Source of the DNA: Chthoniobacterales bacterium | GTDB lineage: Bacteria; Verrucomicrobiota; Verrucomicrobiia; Chthoniobacterales; DYNR01 | Length of the DNA stretch: 64,000 nt | Assembly: GCA_026418675.1 (NCBI GenBank) | Contig: JAOAAX010000002.1 | Coordinates: 12,719-76,718, forward strand | Direction of reading: 5' to 3' | Shown: piece by piece, positions 1 through 9,307 of the stretch | Layout: the number at the start of each line of letters is the position of its first letter | Position numbering within the stretch: position 1 is the first letter of the stretch | Made by a program: the position numbers and the translations under genes | Notes under the pieces: model-generated | Told to the model about the DNA's origin: nothing | What the model saw: the letters and a program-made list of their open reading frames with translations, nothing else | Database searches by the model: none

Positions 1-39
1 ATGAGTTTGTCTTGAAAGGAGTTTCATTTTGGATTTGTG

Positions 40-86
40 CCGCGGGAGGATGGGTGTCCTCCCGCGGAGTTGGTTTGTTTTTTTGT
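40..86 (+). terminator. Rho-independent terminator-like hairpin with T-rich tail
   Basis: A 10-bp GC-rich stem, ccgcgggagg (40-49), pairs with cctcccgcgg (58-67) across an 8-nt loop. It is followed by agttggtttgtttttttgttg (68-86). The T tract is on the + strand, which fits a + strand gene ending at the left edge (tga at 13-15) convergent with atpE. It may also limit atpE transcription. Confidence 0.6.
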
Positions 87-90
87 TGAA

Positions 91-330
91 TTAACCACCG
101 AGGAAGACGGTGAGGAGGGCATAGATGGCAATGGATTCAGCGAGAGCCATTCCAATGATGCTGAGTGTAAGGACCTTGCCTGTGGCGGTTGGGTTACGGC
201 CGACGGCTTCTACTGCTTTCATGCCGATTAGGCCGATGCCAATGGCAGCTCCCGCACCAGCGATGCCAAGGGTAAAGTTGCCGGAGAGGCCGGCGATTGT
301 TTGAGCAGCTTCTGCAAGTAATGGTATCAT
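91..330 (-). CDS. atpE: F-type ATP synthase subunit c
   Basis: The translation MIPLLAEAAQ...GIGLIGMKAVEAVGRNP...MALAESIAIYALL is a two-helix c-subunit hairpin with the RNP loop and a carboxylate Glu. The ORF track extends to 393; the ATG at 330 gives a typical 79-aa protein. Confidence 0.88.
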   Translation of the reverse strand: MIPLLAEAAQTIAGLSGNFTLGIAGAGAAIGIGLIGMKAVEAVGRNPTATGKVLTLSIIGMALAESIAIYALLTVFLGG

Positions 331-477
331 GTTAGTGATGTGAGGTTTAGTTATTTCTTTGTTTTTGTTCCGACCGTCCGCAGTCTTTGCCACGGTCCCG
401 GAGCGGAAAAGTTAAAAAGAGCGAAGTGGGGTTGAATGGAATACAGAGGTGGGGTGAGTAAACATTTTCGAGTAACT

Positions 478-1350
478 TTAGTGTGAATCATCATCGTGGG
501 AAGTGGATAACTGGATATAAACGGCACAAAGAAGAGTAAAAACAACGGCTTGGAGAAATCCGATCAAGAGCTCCAAAAAGTAGAAGGGTATAGGGACGAG
601 GATGCTCATGAGGTAGCTGATAGCTTCGGGGAGGCCGAGTTGTTTGCCTAAAGTAATCATGTAAGAAAGAAGATTTTCCCCGGCGAAAATATTCCCGAAT
701 AATCGGAGGGAAAGGGAAACCGGGCGAAAGATAATGGAGATAACTTCGATAACGCCAACGAAGAAGAAGATTGGGAGAAGAAGTAATGCGAAGAGGCCTT
801 TGAATCCGCCTTTTACTCCGAATAAGTGCTCGAGAAACCCGATAAATCCTAGTTCGCGTATTGTCACGATCAGCCAAAAGGCCATGAAAAATGTTGCGAT
901 GCCAAGAGTGAGATTAAGATCGGCTGTGGCAGGGCGAAGTAAGGGGACTTGGACATTGGGGACAGTAATGAAAGCAATCCTTTCTCCCCAACCGATTGAA
1001 CCGACTCCTGGAAGTAAAGAGAACCAATTGGAGAAGAGAATGAAGAAAAAAATTGAGGCGAGAAGAGGGAAGGATAAGGCCACCATTCTGCGACCTACAA
1101 TTCCTTCAATCGTTGAATACAGTGATTCGACTATGCTTTCAAATAGGTTTTGTCGAGTGCCGGGCACGACTTCCATTTGGCGGGTCGCAGAACGAGAGAA
1201 CCAAACAACAAAAACAACAACGAGAGCAGAAACAAAAATGGAGTTCGTAATCCAATTACCCCATGGTAATGGACTAGCTAGGTGGTCTTCCCAAGGGGAC
1301 TCAGCCTTCAGGGGTATTCCTGCAGCGAGCAGTAGTGGGAATCTTTGCAT
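478..1350 (-). CDS. atpB: F-type ATP synthase subunit a
   Basis: The polytopic membrane protein carries the conserved LSLRLFGNIFAGE motif with the essential Arg. The TTG at 1449 adds a basic 33-aa extension; the ATG at 1350 (MQRFPLLLAAG) is preferred. Confidence 0.88.
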   Translation of the reverse strand: MQRFPLLLAAGIPLKAESPWEDHLASPLPWGNWITNSIFVSALVVVFVVWFSRSATRQMEVVPGTRQNLFESIVESLYSTIEGIVGRRMVALSFPLLASIFFFILFSNWFSLLPGVGSIGWGERIAFITVPNVQVPLLRPATADLNLTLGIATFFMAFWLIVTIRELGFIGFLEHLFGVKGGFKGLFALLLLPIFFFVGVIEVISIIFRPVSLSLRLFGNIFAGENLLSYMITLGKQLGLPEAISYLMSILVPIPFYFLELLIGFLQAVVFTLLCAVYIQLSTSHDDDSH

Positions 1351-1542
1351 TTGAATTGTTAATTTTGGGGTGTTGCGAGTGTGTCTGTGATTTTGAAGTG
1401 GTCTTCGTGGAGAGAGGCTTGCTTTGAGAGCGAAGCTTTTCAAGCCCAAAACTCAATCTTAATAAATTTTTTATATTAGATAAATTAATCTATTATTTGT
1501 GAAATCTTGCGTTTTAATTTTTACAGTGGAATAAGCATAAGC

Positions 1543-2592
1543 ATGAAATTTCGAGAAATACCTGGCACAGGAGTTAAATGCAGTGAGGTTGGTTTTGGAG
1601 TTTGGACGGTTTCCACTGGATGGTGGGGGAATTTTACGGATGAAGAAGCGATTTGTTTGTTGAGGGAAGCCCGGGAAGTGGGGATTACGTTATTTGATGC
1701 AGCGGATACATATGGAAATGGACGAAGCGAGGAGTTGTTGGGTAAAGCTTTTCCGCCGGGGGCTTCGAGGGAAGGGGTAGTTTTTTCAACTAAAGTGGGT
1801 TATGACTTCGTTAACCACGGACAGGAGCGACGTGGCCAACGTGAGATTCCGCAAGACTTTCGGCCTGACGCCGTGCGGAAGGCGACTGAGGCCGCATTGC
1901 GGAGGATGCGAGTTGAATGTGTGGATGTATTGCAACTTCATAACATTCGGATGGAGCAGGTTGAAGATGATCTGCTGTGGGAGTGTTTGGAGAAGCTAAG
2001 GGATGAAGGTAAGGTGCGTGCATATGGTGTTGCTTTGGGTCCGGCGATCGGTTGGTTAGCTGAAGGAGTTTTAGCAATTCGCCGCCGCAATCCCCACATC
2101 GTGCAACATATTTACAATTACTTGGAGCAGTATCCAGGAAAGCGGATTCAACAGGAGGCCAGAAATTGTGGAGCTAAGACTCGTTTTTTTATTCGTGTTC
2201 CTCATTCCTCAGGAATGTTAGAAGGTAGATACACAGAGGATACCGTTTTTCCTCCTGGGGACCATCGTTCCCACCGACCTCGGGCTTGGTTAACCAATGG
2301 ACTGAAGAAGGTTGAAAAATTAAGGTTTCTTGAGAGGAATGGTAGGTCACTTGGCCAAGCGGCTATACAGTGGTTACTTGCTGATGATCGGGTTGTGAGT
2401 GTTCTGCCGAATATATACAATCGTGAACAGATAATCGAATTTGCCAACGCTTCTGAAGCTGAGCCTTTATCGAATGAGGAACTGGCAAAGATGGAGGAAT
2501 TATATACAGCGAACTTTGGTTTGCCTCCTGAGGAACAAAAATTTAAGGGGACAATGATACTTCCCGAAGAGATTGCGGAGGTTAAGCATTAA
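1543..2592 (+). CDS. Aldo/keto reductase family oxidoreductase
   Basis: AKR hallmarks are present: GFGVWT..WG, DTYGNGRSEELLG and a C-terminal NASEAEP region. The ATG at 1543 is preferred over the TTG at 1507. Confidence 0.8.
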   Translation: MKFREIPGTGVKCSEVGFGVWTVSTGWWGNFTDEEAICLLREAREVGITLFDAADTYGNGRSEELLGKAFPPGASREGVVFSTKVGYDFVNHGQERRGQREIPQDFRPDAVRKATEAALRRMRVECVDVLQLHNIRMEQVEDDLLWECLEKLRDEGKVRAYGVALGPAIGWLAEGVLAIRRRNPHIVQHIYNYLEQYPGKRIQQEARNCGAKTRFFIRVPHSSGMLEGRYTEDTVFPPGDHRSHRPRAWLTNGLKKVEKLRFLERNGRSLGQAAIQWLLADDRVVSVLPNIYNREQIIEFANASEAEPLSNEELAKMEELYTANFGLPPEEQKFKGTMILPEEIAEVKH

Positions 2593-2691
2593 CTTGCTTC
2601 AATAAATGGTTGAATTCCCTATTTCCTGCTAGGGTTGGGGTGAGTGGAGGATATATTCCGATAAGTTTTTCCAAAATGGGAGTTGTCTACT

Positions 2692-3804
2692 ATGCTTAAA
2701 GTTGGAATTGTTGGGCTTCCTAATGTAGGGAAATCCACACTTTTCAATGCTCTTACGAAGTCAAGAAAAGCGCAGGCTGCCAATTTTCCATTTTGCACGA
2801 TTGAGCCAAATGTTGGAGTTGTTCCGGTTCCAGATTCGCGTTTGGAACTACTCGCTTCTTTGTCAAAATCTGAACGTGTAGTTCCGGCTACGATTGAGTT
2901 TGTTGATATTGCTGGTTTGGTTAGGGGAGCTTCTAAAGGGGAGGGTTTAGGCAATCAGTTCCTTTCTCACATTCGTGAGGTAGATGCTATCGTTCACGTT
3001 GTTCGTTGTTTTGAAAATTCGGAAATTCACCATGTAACAGGAACGGTGGATCCAATAAGGGATATCGAGATCGTTAACACAGAGCTTTTACTTGCGGATT
3101 TGACTTCACTTGAAAGGCGAAAAGAAAAAATTGTACGAGCTGCTAAGGCAAATGAAAGAGCTGCAGTTGCAGAACTTTCTCTTATTGAACGTCTTGTTGA
3201 GCATTTAAATGAGGGGAAACCTGCTTTGACTTTTCCTATTACGGTTGAGGATAAGAAGATATTAAAGTCACTTTTTTTACTTACATCAAAGCCGATGCTA
3301 TTTGCTTGTAATGTTTCAGAGAATGATCTCAGCGGATTTGATAATAGCGCTGCAGCTAGGTATGTAGCTGCCGTTCGAAAGTTTATTGAGGGGACCTACG
3401 AGTATGGGGTGGTAGTGGTGAGTGCAGAGCTGGAGAGTGAACTTGCTGCACTTTCTCCCCATGAAGCGAGCGAGTATTTGGCTGCGCTAGGGGTAAAAGA
3501 TAGTGGAGTTTCTGATTTGATACGGACTGCTTACAAATTACTGGGACTACGAACGTTTTTTACAACTGGTCCTAAGGAGACTCGGGCTTGGACGATCCGT
3601 GCTGGGGACAAGGCACAAATTGCAGCAGGAGTCATACATTCGGATTTTCAGCGTGGATTTATTGCTGCCGAGACAATTTCTTTTTCTGAATTAATTACTC
3701 ATGGGTCGTATTTGAAGGCTCGCGAGTCTGGGTGTATGCGACTAGAGGGAAAGGATTATGAAGTGCAAGACGGAGATGTAATAGAGTTTCGATTCAATGT
3801 TTAG
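2692..3804 (+). CDS. ychF: Ribosome-binding ATPase YchF (Obg-family)
   Basis: MLKVGIVGLPNVGKSTLFNALT is a P-loop, and the C-terminal TGS-like end is KDYEVQDGDVIEFRFNV. The full length is collinear with YchF. Confidence 0.93.
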   Translation: MLKVGIVGLPNVGKSTLFNALTKSRKAQAANFPFCTIEPNVGVVPVPDSRLELLASLSKSERVVPATIEFVDIAGLVRGASKGEGLGNQFLSHIREVDAIVHVVRCFENSEIHHVTGTVDPIRDIEIVNTELLLADLTSLERRKEKIVRAAKANERAAVAELSLIERLVEHLNEGKPALTFPITVEDKKILKSLFLLTSKPMLFACNVSENDLSGFDNSAAARYVAAVRKFIEGTYEYGVVVVSAELESELAALSPHEASEYLAALGVKDSGVSDLIRTAYKLLGLRTFFTTGPKETRAWTIRAGDKAQIAAGVIHSDFQRGFIAAETISFSELITHGSYLKARESGCMRLEGKDYEVQDGDVIEFRFNV

Positions 3805-3868
3805 TCGGAGTGAATTGAGCTAAACTGGAAAAATTCTAAATAATTCATCAGTAATCACATGAATGGTT

Positions 3869-4909
3869 TTAAATTGTGTAATTCCCCTCTTGAGTGGCGA
3901 TTGGTGTAATTAAATTTTGAGCAGTTAATTCGCAAATACGGCGTATGGCTTCGTGGCTATTAAATGCCGTGTGAGGTGTAAAAACGACGCGTGGATGTTG
4001 GAGCAAACGGTGATTACGGACTACATTTCTTATTTCATCGAGCCTGCGTGATTCACGAGCTTTACGTTCAGCGGCAGCGATCCGAACGCGTTCGGCAATT
4101 TGTTTGCTTAAAATTGAGGTTGCTCCTGAGTGGAACAAGGACTCATCTTCTAAGACGTCAATCCCTAACCCCCCAATATGACCGCTTTCTAAGCCATCGA
4201 GAACTGCGTCAAGATCGAGTAAGGCTCCTCTGGCGGTGTTTATGATCAAAACGCCACGTTTGCATCGGTTGATAGCTTGACGGTTGATGATATGGCGGGT
4301 GTTGGTGTTAATTGGAACATGGAGAGTTATGATGTCGGATTGTTCTAAAAGTTGCTCAAAAGATACATAATCGAATTGAAGTAGTTCAGCGATAAAGGGA
4401 TGTGGATTCGAATCATAACCTAAAACTTGCATGCGAAATCCTGCTGCCAGGCGAATTACATGCAACCCAACACGCCCGCACCCGACAACGCCCAAGGTCT
4501 TTCCAAACAATTCAATTCCGCGCAATTCCTCATAATCCACATTACTTTTTTGAACTGCTTGGTAGCAAGCCCGTAGGTTTCGAGTGAGTGCTAGCAGCAA
4601 GGCAAAAACATGCTCGGCAACGGCATTTTCTCCGAAAGCTTCTGCTGTGCGGACGACTACTCCTCTTTGTCGGCAAGCTTCCAGATCTAAATGATCTTTG
4701 CTAGTGGAACGTGAAGCGATAAGGCGTAGTTTTGGGTGCGCCTCAAGGAATCTCTGATCAATCCTTTGCTGAAAATTGATACAAATGATTTCAGCATCAG
4801 CAGGAATTTCTGATAATTTTCTGAAAAAGATGAGTTCTTTATCTTGTATAAGCTTTCGAAAGTAATTTTCCTCGTCGCGGCCGGTAGCTACAAAATAAAT
4901 TTTGGACAT
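3869..4909 (-). CDS. D-isomer-specific 2-hydroxyacid dehydrogenase (D-lactate dehydrogenase-like)
   Basis: An NAD-binding GVVGCGRVGLHV motif and catalytic region NTARGALLD...TPHTAF are present. A ~45-aa insertion precedes the catalytic His. Confidence 0.8.
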   Translation of the reverse strand: MSKIYFVATGRDEENYFRKLIQDKELIFFRKLSEIPADAEIICINFQQRIDQRFLEAHPKLRLIASRSTSKDHLDLEACRQRGVVVRTAEAFGENAVAEHVFALLLALTRNLRACYQAVQKSNVDYEELRGIELFGKTLGVVGCGRVGLHVIRLAAGFRMQVLGYDSNPHPFIAELLQFDYVSFEQLLEQSDIITLHVPINTNTRHIINRQAINRCKRGVLIINTARGALLDLDAVLDGLESGHIGGLGIDVLEDESLFHSGATSILSKQIAERVRIAAAERKARESRRLDEIRNVVRNHRLLQHPRVVFTPHTAFNSHEAIRRICELTAQNLITPIATQEGNYTI

Positions 4910-4958
4910 CGAAAGAAAAGTTTATTCCAATTTTGGCTTTGTTTCCAAAAGATTCACA

Positions 4959-5615
4959 ATGAGCGGCAGGGGATTACTGATAACGTTTGAGGGGGTTGAG
5001 TGTTCAGGAAAGACGACACAAGTATCTCTTTTAGCAGAAGCAATACGTAGGTCAGGTGATAAAGTTATCATCCTACGGGAGCCCGGTTCTACAGAGCTGG
5101 GGGAAAAGATTCGTTCTTTGTTTCAGAATAAAATGAATTTTGAAGCTTTGACGGCTCGAAGTGAGTTGCTTCTTTTTGCAGCAAGCAGGGCTCAACTGTG
5201 TTCTGAAAAGATCATACCAGCCCTACAAAGAGGTGAATTTGTGATATGTGATCGCTTCATAGATTCCAGCGTTGTCTATCAAGGGCATGGGAGAGGGATT
5301 CCAACGGATGAGGTGGTCTGGATTAACCGTTTTGCAACTCAAAATTTGGAGCCAGATATTACTTTTATCTTAGACCTCGAAGTAAAAGAAATGATCCAGC
5401 GATTACGGAGCCGAAATATGCCATTGGATCGTTTTGAGGTTCTTGGTTATGATTTTCATCAAAAGGTGCGCGAGGCTTACCTAAATCTTGCCGAAGCACA
5501 CCCTCACCGCTGTATAGTTCTTAAGGCAACTATTTCTAAGGAAGAACTTGCTGCTGAAATATTTCAACATTTGATCCGCAAAAAAAATGTCATTTCTCCT
5601 AGAGGATGCGATTGA
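4959..5615 (+). CDS. tmk: Thymidylate kinase
   Basis: MSGRGLLITFEGVECSGKTTQ is a P-loop, and DRFIDSSVVYQG is also present. The gene overlaps holB by 29 nt. Confidence 0.92.
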   Translation: MSGRGLLITFEGVECSGKTTQVSLLAEAIRRSGDKVIILREPGSTELGEKIRSLFQNKMNFEALTARSELLLFAASRAQLCSEKIIPALQRGEFVICDRFIDSSVVYQGHGRGIPTDEVVWINRFATQNLEPDITFILDLEVKEMIQRLRSRNMPLDRFEVLGYDFHQKVREAYLNLAEAHPHRCIVLKATISKEELAAEIFQHLIRKKNVISPRGCD

Positions 5616-6531
5616 AAGAATTCGGAAAACACGCGCCAAAGGTAGGCTCGCCCATGCTTACCTTGTAACAGCTGCTGAAGAATCTACAAATGAACAATTT
5701 ATAAAAAATTTTGCTTCTCTACTGCTTTCAACAAACGTTGACAAAATTCAAAACCATCCGGACTATCACGAAGTTCGGCCGGAATCGAAATCACGCCGCA
5801 TTCTTATTGAGCAAATAAGAGAGCTTGAGATGAGTTTGCACCAAACGCCAACTCTAAACTCTACCAAGGTGGCAGTTATATTCGATGCTGACCGTCTCAA
5901 TGAGGCTGCTGCGAATGCTTTTCTTAAAACCCTTGAAGAACCTCCTGAGCAAACAAAAATTCTCCTAACTTCGACATTACCAACTGCTATTCTCAAAACT
6001 ATTTTATCTCGTTGCGTCCATCTTCCTCTCCGAACAAAGAGACGCAATTATAGTGCTCGTGAATTAGCAGCCCGCGAAATTGCCATCAGCCTTCTTGATC
6101 CATCTTCCCAATGCACCATTGAGAGAATCTTTGCTGCCGCTCAAAGATTCCATAACCTTTTCACTGAAATACGGGAGGTAGAGGAGGTTCAAGCACAGCA
6201 AATTCTAAAGTCTGAAAGAGAACGTTATAGGGAAACAACAGACGTTTCTCAAAAATGGTTTGATGATTTGGAAGCAAAATTAGTTGCCATAGCTAGTGCC
6301 CATACACTCATGGAGCGTTCGCTAATTTTGGATGCGGTGACATCTGTATTTGCAGAAGAGCTCCTTCAAGTGACGAATTATGCCCCCCATCTTCGCCAAA
6401 AAAAACGAGCTGAGATATTAAAAAAAATCGAATTACTTCGTTTGTTGAGGGTTGCTCTCGAACGCGGTGTTCACGAGTCGCTTGCAATTGAAACTTATTT
6501 CCTTGAAGCCTTTTTACCCCACAGTGATTAA
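5587..6531 (+). CDS. holB: DNA polymerase III delta-prime subunit
   Basis: LAHAYLV..., NAFLKTLEEPP and SRC motifs are present. The position immediately after tmk is the widely conserved arrangement. Confidence 0.85.
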   Translation: MSFLLEDAIERIRKTRAKGRLAHAYLVTAAEESTNEQFIKNFASLLLSTNVDKIQNHPDYHEVRPESKSRRILIEQIRELEMSLHQTPTLNSTKVAVIFDADRLNEAAANAFLKTLEEPPEQTKILLTSTLPTAILKTILSRCVHLPLRTKRRNYSARELAAREIAISLLDPSSQCTIERIFAAAQRFHNLFTEIREVEEVQAQQILKSERERYRETTDVSQKWFDDLEAKLVAIASAHTLMERSLILDAVTSVFAEELLQVTNYAPHLRQKKRAEILKKIELLRLLRVALERGVHESLAIETYFLEAFLPHSD

Positions 6532-7321
6532 GAAAGAATATAGCAGAATAGTCTTTAAATTTGGGACTGGTGTTCTCTCAACTCAGGGTGGCCTTAGTCT
6601 CGATCGTGAACAGTTTCATAGGATTGCATGCGAAACAGCTACAATAAAAAACTTTGGAATCCAAATTGTTTATGTTTCCAGTGGAGCCGTTGCAGCCGGA
6701 CTGCCCCTGTTGGGGCTTATGGAGCGACCGAATGATTTACCGACGCAGCAAGCCTGTGCTGCTATTGGCCAACCTGTTCTGATGGACTTTTATTGTGAAT
6801 TCTTAGGGAATTACGGTTTTGCTGTTGCTCAATTACTTCTATCTCATTCTGACATTGATAGTCGAATTCGACGCTCCAATGCTCGAAACACCTTAGAGCG
6901 GCTCCTTCAATCTCCAAATGTTGTTCCCATTATTAACGAAAACGATAGCGTAGCTGTTGAAGAACTTCGTTTCGGCGACAATGATCGCCTTTCTGCCGAA
7001 GTTGCCGCTCTTATTGATGCTGACTTACTTGCAATTTTGACAAGTGTGGATGGCCTCTTTGATTCTAACTCTCAACTTATTGATGAAGTTTTCGACATTA
7101 CTCAGGCTTTTCAATACGTGAACGAGGAAACTGGGAAGTTTTCTGTTGGAGGTATGAGGACAAAACTTGAAGCGGTGCGGATTGCAGCAGCTTCAGGAAT
7201 TCCAACTATTATTGCAAATGGTAGAAAGCCCGGTGTTCTCGAAGCTATAGCAAAAGGCAAAAACCCTGGCACCTTTTTCCATCCAAATTGTATTTGCAAT
7301 AACTTACAAACTATACCTTAG
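6524..7321 (+). CDS. proB: Glutamate 5-kinase (short form, no PUA domain)
   Basis: RIVFKFGTGVLS, VSSGAVAAG, NENDSVAVEELRFGDNDRLSA and GGMRTKLEA motifs are present. The GTG at 6524 overlaps the holB stop by 8 nt, and upstream residues in the longest ORF have no ProB counterpart. Confidence 0.85.
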   Translation: MIKKEYSRIVFKFGTGVLSTQGGLSLDREQFHRIACETATIKNFGIQIVYVSSGAVAAGLPLLGLMERPNDLPTQQACAAIGQPVLMDFYCEFLGNYGFAVAQLLLSHSDIDSRIRRSNARNTLERLLQSPNVVPIINENDSVAVEELRFGDNDRLSAEVAALIDADLLAILTSVDGLFDSNSQLIDEVFDITQAFQYVNEETGKFSVGGMRTKLEAVRIAAASGIPTIIANGRKPGVLEAIAKGKNPGTFFHPNCICNNLQTIP

Positions 7322-7355
7322 CCTCTAAACATTTTTCTAAAATTTCCCCGCAGGG

Positions 7356-8159
7356 ATGGAAAGGCCCTTCATTTTGACCTCATTTGTTTTACTTGTTGCT
7401 GTTACGTTCTGGACAATTCACCATTTACGAAAAGGCAACCTGCGCAGTGCAAGAATTGCGCTTGCAGCTACTGCTGCTGCTTTTGCTTTCCTCTTTTTCT
7501 TTTTAACCCTCCGAGGGAAGGCTACTCAAGCTTGCCCACTAAACACCCTACCAGATGCCTTAGCTTTTTTAGGGTGGTCAATTCTTCTTCTCGCTTTTGC
7601 GACAGGTCTCTCTTTTCACATTCATTTGTTGGGGGCGTTTACGGCACCGTTAGTTATATTGTTACTCTTGCCGTCTGTTTTTGCGCGTAGGTTTCCAACT
7701 TTTGTAAGACTTAATCCATTAGACCCTTGGGTCGAATTTCACGCTGCTTTATCTCTCGTTGCTTATGGTGCTTTTGGAATAGCAGCTGTAGCAGCTGTTC
7801 TCTATCTTGTTCAGGAAAACAACCTAAAATCGCACAGATTTGGAAAAACTCTATTTCTTCTTCCACCGATAACCGAACTCACTCTGGCAAACGCACGCAT
7901 GACTGACGCCGGGATTTTTTGCCTTACTATTTCCTTCATTGCAGGCTACCTTTCGAATTTACCCATCCCATTCTTCAAGCTACTTACTTCCTGTTTGATT
8001 TGGCTTTTTTTTGCCGCTTCTGCTTTTTTGCGTTACCGGCGCAAGTCAACACCACGCCTTCAAGCTATTCTTTCCATCGCATGCTTCCTTTTGGCTCTTA
8101 TTAGTTTTCCTATCGTTCATTTTCTATCTGTGCTCTCGAACTTGATGCCTATCCCATGA
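7356..8159 (+). CDS. CcsA/HemX-family cytochrome c assembly-like membrane protein
   Basis: The ~8-TM hydrophobic protein resembles the CcsA/ResC/HemX family. Its stop overlaps the hemA start (ATGA). Confidence 0.6.
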   Translation: MERPFILTSFVLLVAVTFWTIHHLRKGNLRSARIALAATAAAFAFLFFFLTLRGKATQACPLNTLPDALAFLGWSILLLAFATGLSFHIHLLGAFTAPLVILLLLPSVFARRFPTFVRLNPLDPWVEFHAALSLVAYGAFGIAAVAAVLYLVQENNLKSHRFGKTLFLLPPITELTLANARMTDAGIFCLTISFIAGYLSNLPIPFFKLLTSCLIWLFFAASAFLRYRRKSTPRLQAILSIACFLLALISFPIVHFLSVLSNLMPIP

Positions 8160-9307
8160 ACATTTTTTGTGCCGGTATTAATCACCGCCTTGCTTCAGTA
8201 GCTATTCGTGAGCAACTTGCCATCTCCGACCGTGAAGCTCCTTGTTTCCTCTCTCGTCTCCTCAGAGCCGAGGGCACAACGGGCGCTGTCGTCTTGTCAA
8301 CTTGTAATCGTGTAGAGGTTTATGCTGCGACTATTTGTCCAGCCCACACCTCCCGCCTTTTACGTGAACTTTTATCAGACCGTTGCCAAGTTCATTATCC
8401 CCTCTACGAGTTTCATACCCCAGCAAGTGTTCGCCATCTTTATCGTGTAGCGTCGGGTCTCGACTCCATGGTTCTAGGCGAAACGGAAATCCTTGGACAG
8501 GTCAAAAGGGCTTATTCCCTCGCTGCTCACGCGGGCACGCTTTGTAAACCCCTCCATAAACTTTTTCAGAATGCTTTCCACGTTGCAAAGTCTATCCGCT
8601 CCGAAACTCTCATAACCCGCGGTCCAACATCGGTTGGTGCTGCTGCAGTTGAGCTCGCTCACCAAATTTTCGGGAATCTTTCAGGGAAACGCATACTCAT
8701 CCTTGGTGCGGGGGAAACGGCAGAACTCACTGCACGTGTTTTTCTTCAGCGTGGTGCCCGTAGCATTATCGTTTCCAACCGATCCTTTGATCGCGCAGCT
8801 AAACTTGCCCACGAAATTGGCGGTCTCGCCATCCATTTTGATAACTGGCAAAATGTTTTCGACGATATAGACATCCTCATTTGTTCAACGAGTGCACCTC
8901 ATGTCGTCGTTACAACAAGCCAAGTCCAGCTACTAATGGCTCGCCGCCCTCACCGTCCTCTCTTTGTAATTGACCTTGCTGTTCCGCGCGATGCTGAGCC
9001 TGCTATCAATTCGCTGGATGGTGTATTCCTCTACGACATTGATTCCCTCCAGTCTATTGTCCATGAAACCCTCCAAATACGCCAGAGTGAGGTTTCTCGC
9101 TGCGAAGAACTCATTAATTCCGAAGTTCGAACTTTCCTTCGTTGGTTACAATCTCATTACCATCATCGTATTGCGAATGCCTCCAATCGAATTCAAGAAT
9201 CCGTCTCGGATCTTCCGTATCGAACGACAAAACACTCATCCCCTCCTGCTTCCTCTTTCCTAGGTCCAGCACCCGACCATTTCCAATCCTCACGCCTCCC
9301 TTCATGA
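8156..9307 (+). CDS. hemA: Glutamyl-tRNA reductase
   Basis: STCNRVEVY contains the catalytic Cys. GETEILGQVK, the NADPH-binding ILILGAGETAE motif and VSNRS are also present. The C-terminus is short and ends in a Ser/Pro/His-rich tail. Confidence 0.9.
   Translation: MNIFCAGINHRLASVAIREQLAISDREAPCFLSRLLRAEGTTGAVVLSTCNRVEVYAATICPAHTSRLLRELLSDRCQVHYPLYEFHTPASVRHLYRVASGLDSMVLGETEILGQVKRAYSLAAHAGTLCKPLHKLFQNAFHVAKSIRSETLITRGPTSVGAAAVELAHQIFGNLSGKRILILGAGETAELTARVFLQRGARSIIVSNRSFDRAAKLAHEIGGLAIHFDNWQNVFDDIDILICSTSAPHVVVTTSQVQLLMARRPHRPLFVIDLAVPRDAEPAINSLDGVFLYDIDSLQSIVHETLQIRQSEVSRCEELINSEVRTFLRWLQSHYHHRIANASNRIQESVSDLPYRTTKHSSPPASSFLGPAPDHFQSSRLPS

Noticed and set aside
91-330. Na+-translocating c subunit.
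   Set aside because: Only part of the Na+ signature is present (E, S and Y in AESIAIY). The helix-1 Gln ligand position aligns to Ile, so there is insufficient evidence.
5450-5650. GC-skew switch points (here and at ~23.3-23.9 kb) as the replication origin or terminus.
   Set aside because: No dnaA, dnaN or parAB genes, DnaA-box clusters (TTATCCACA) or dif-like sequence were seen near either point. Both lie inside tightly packed coding sequence, and two switches 18 kb apart cannot be ori plus ter.
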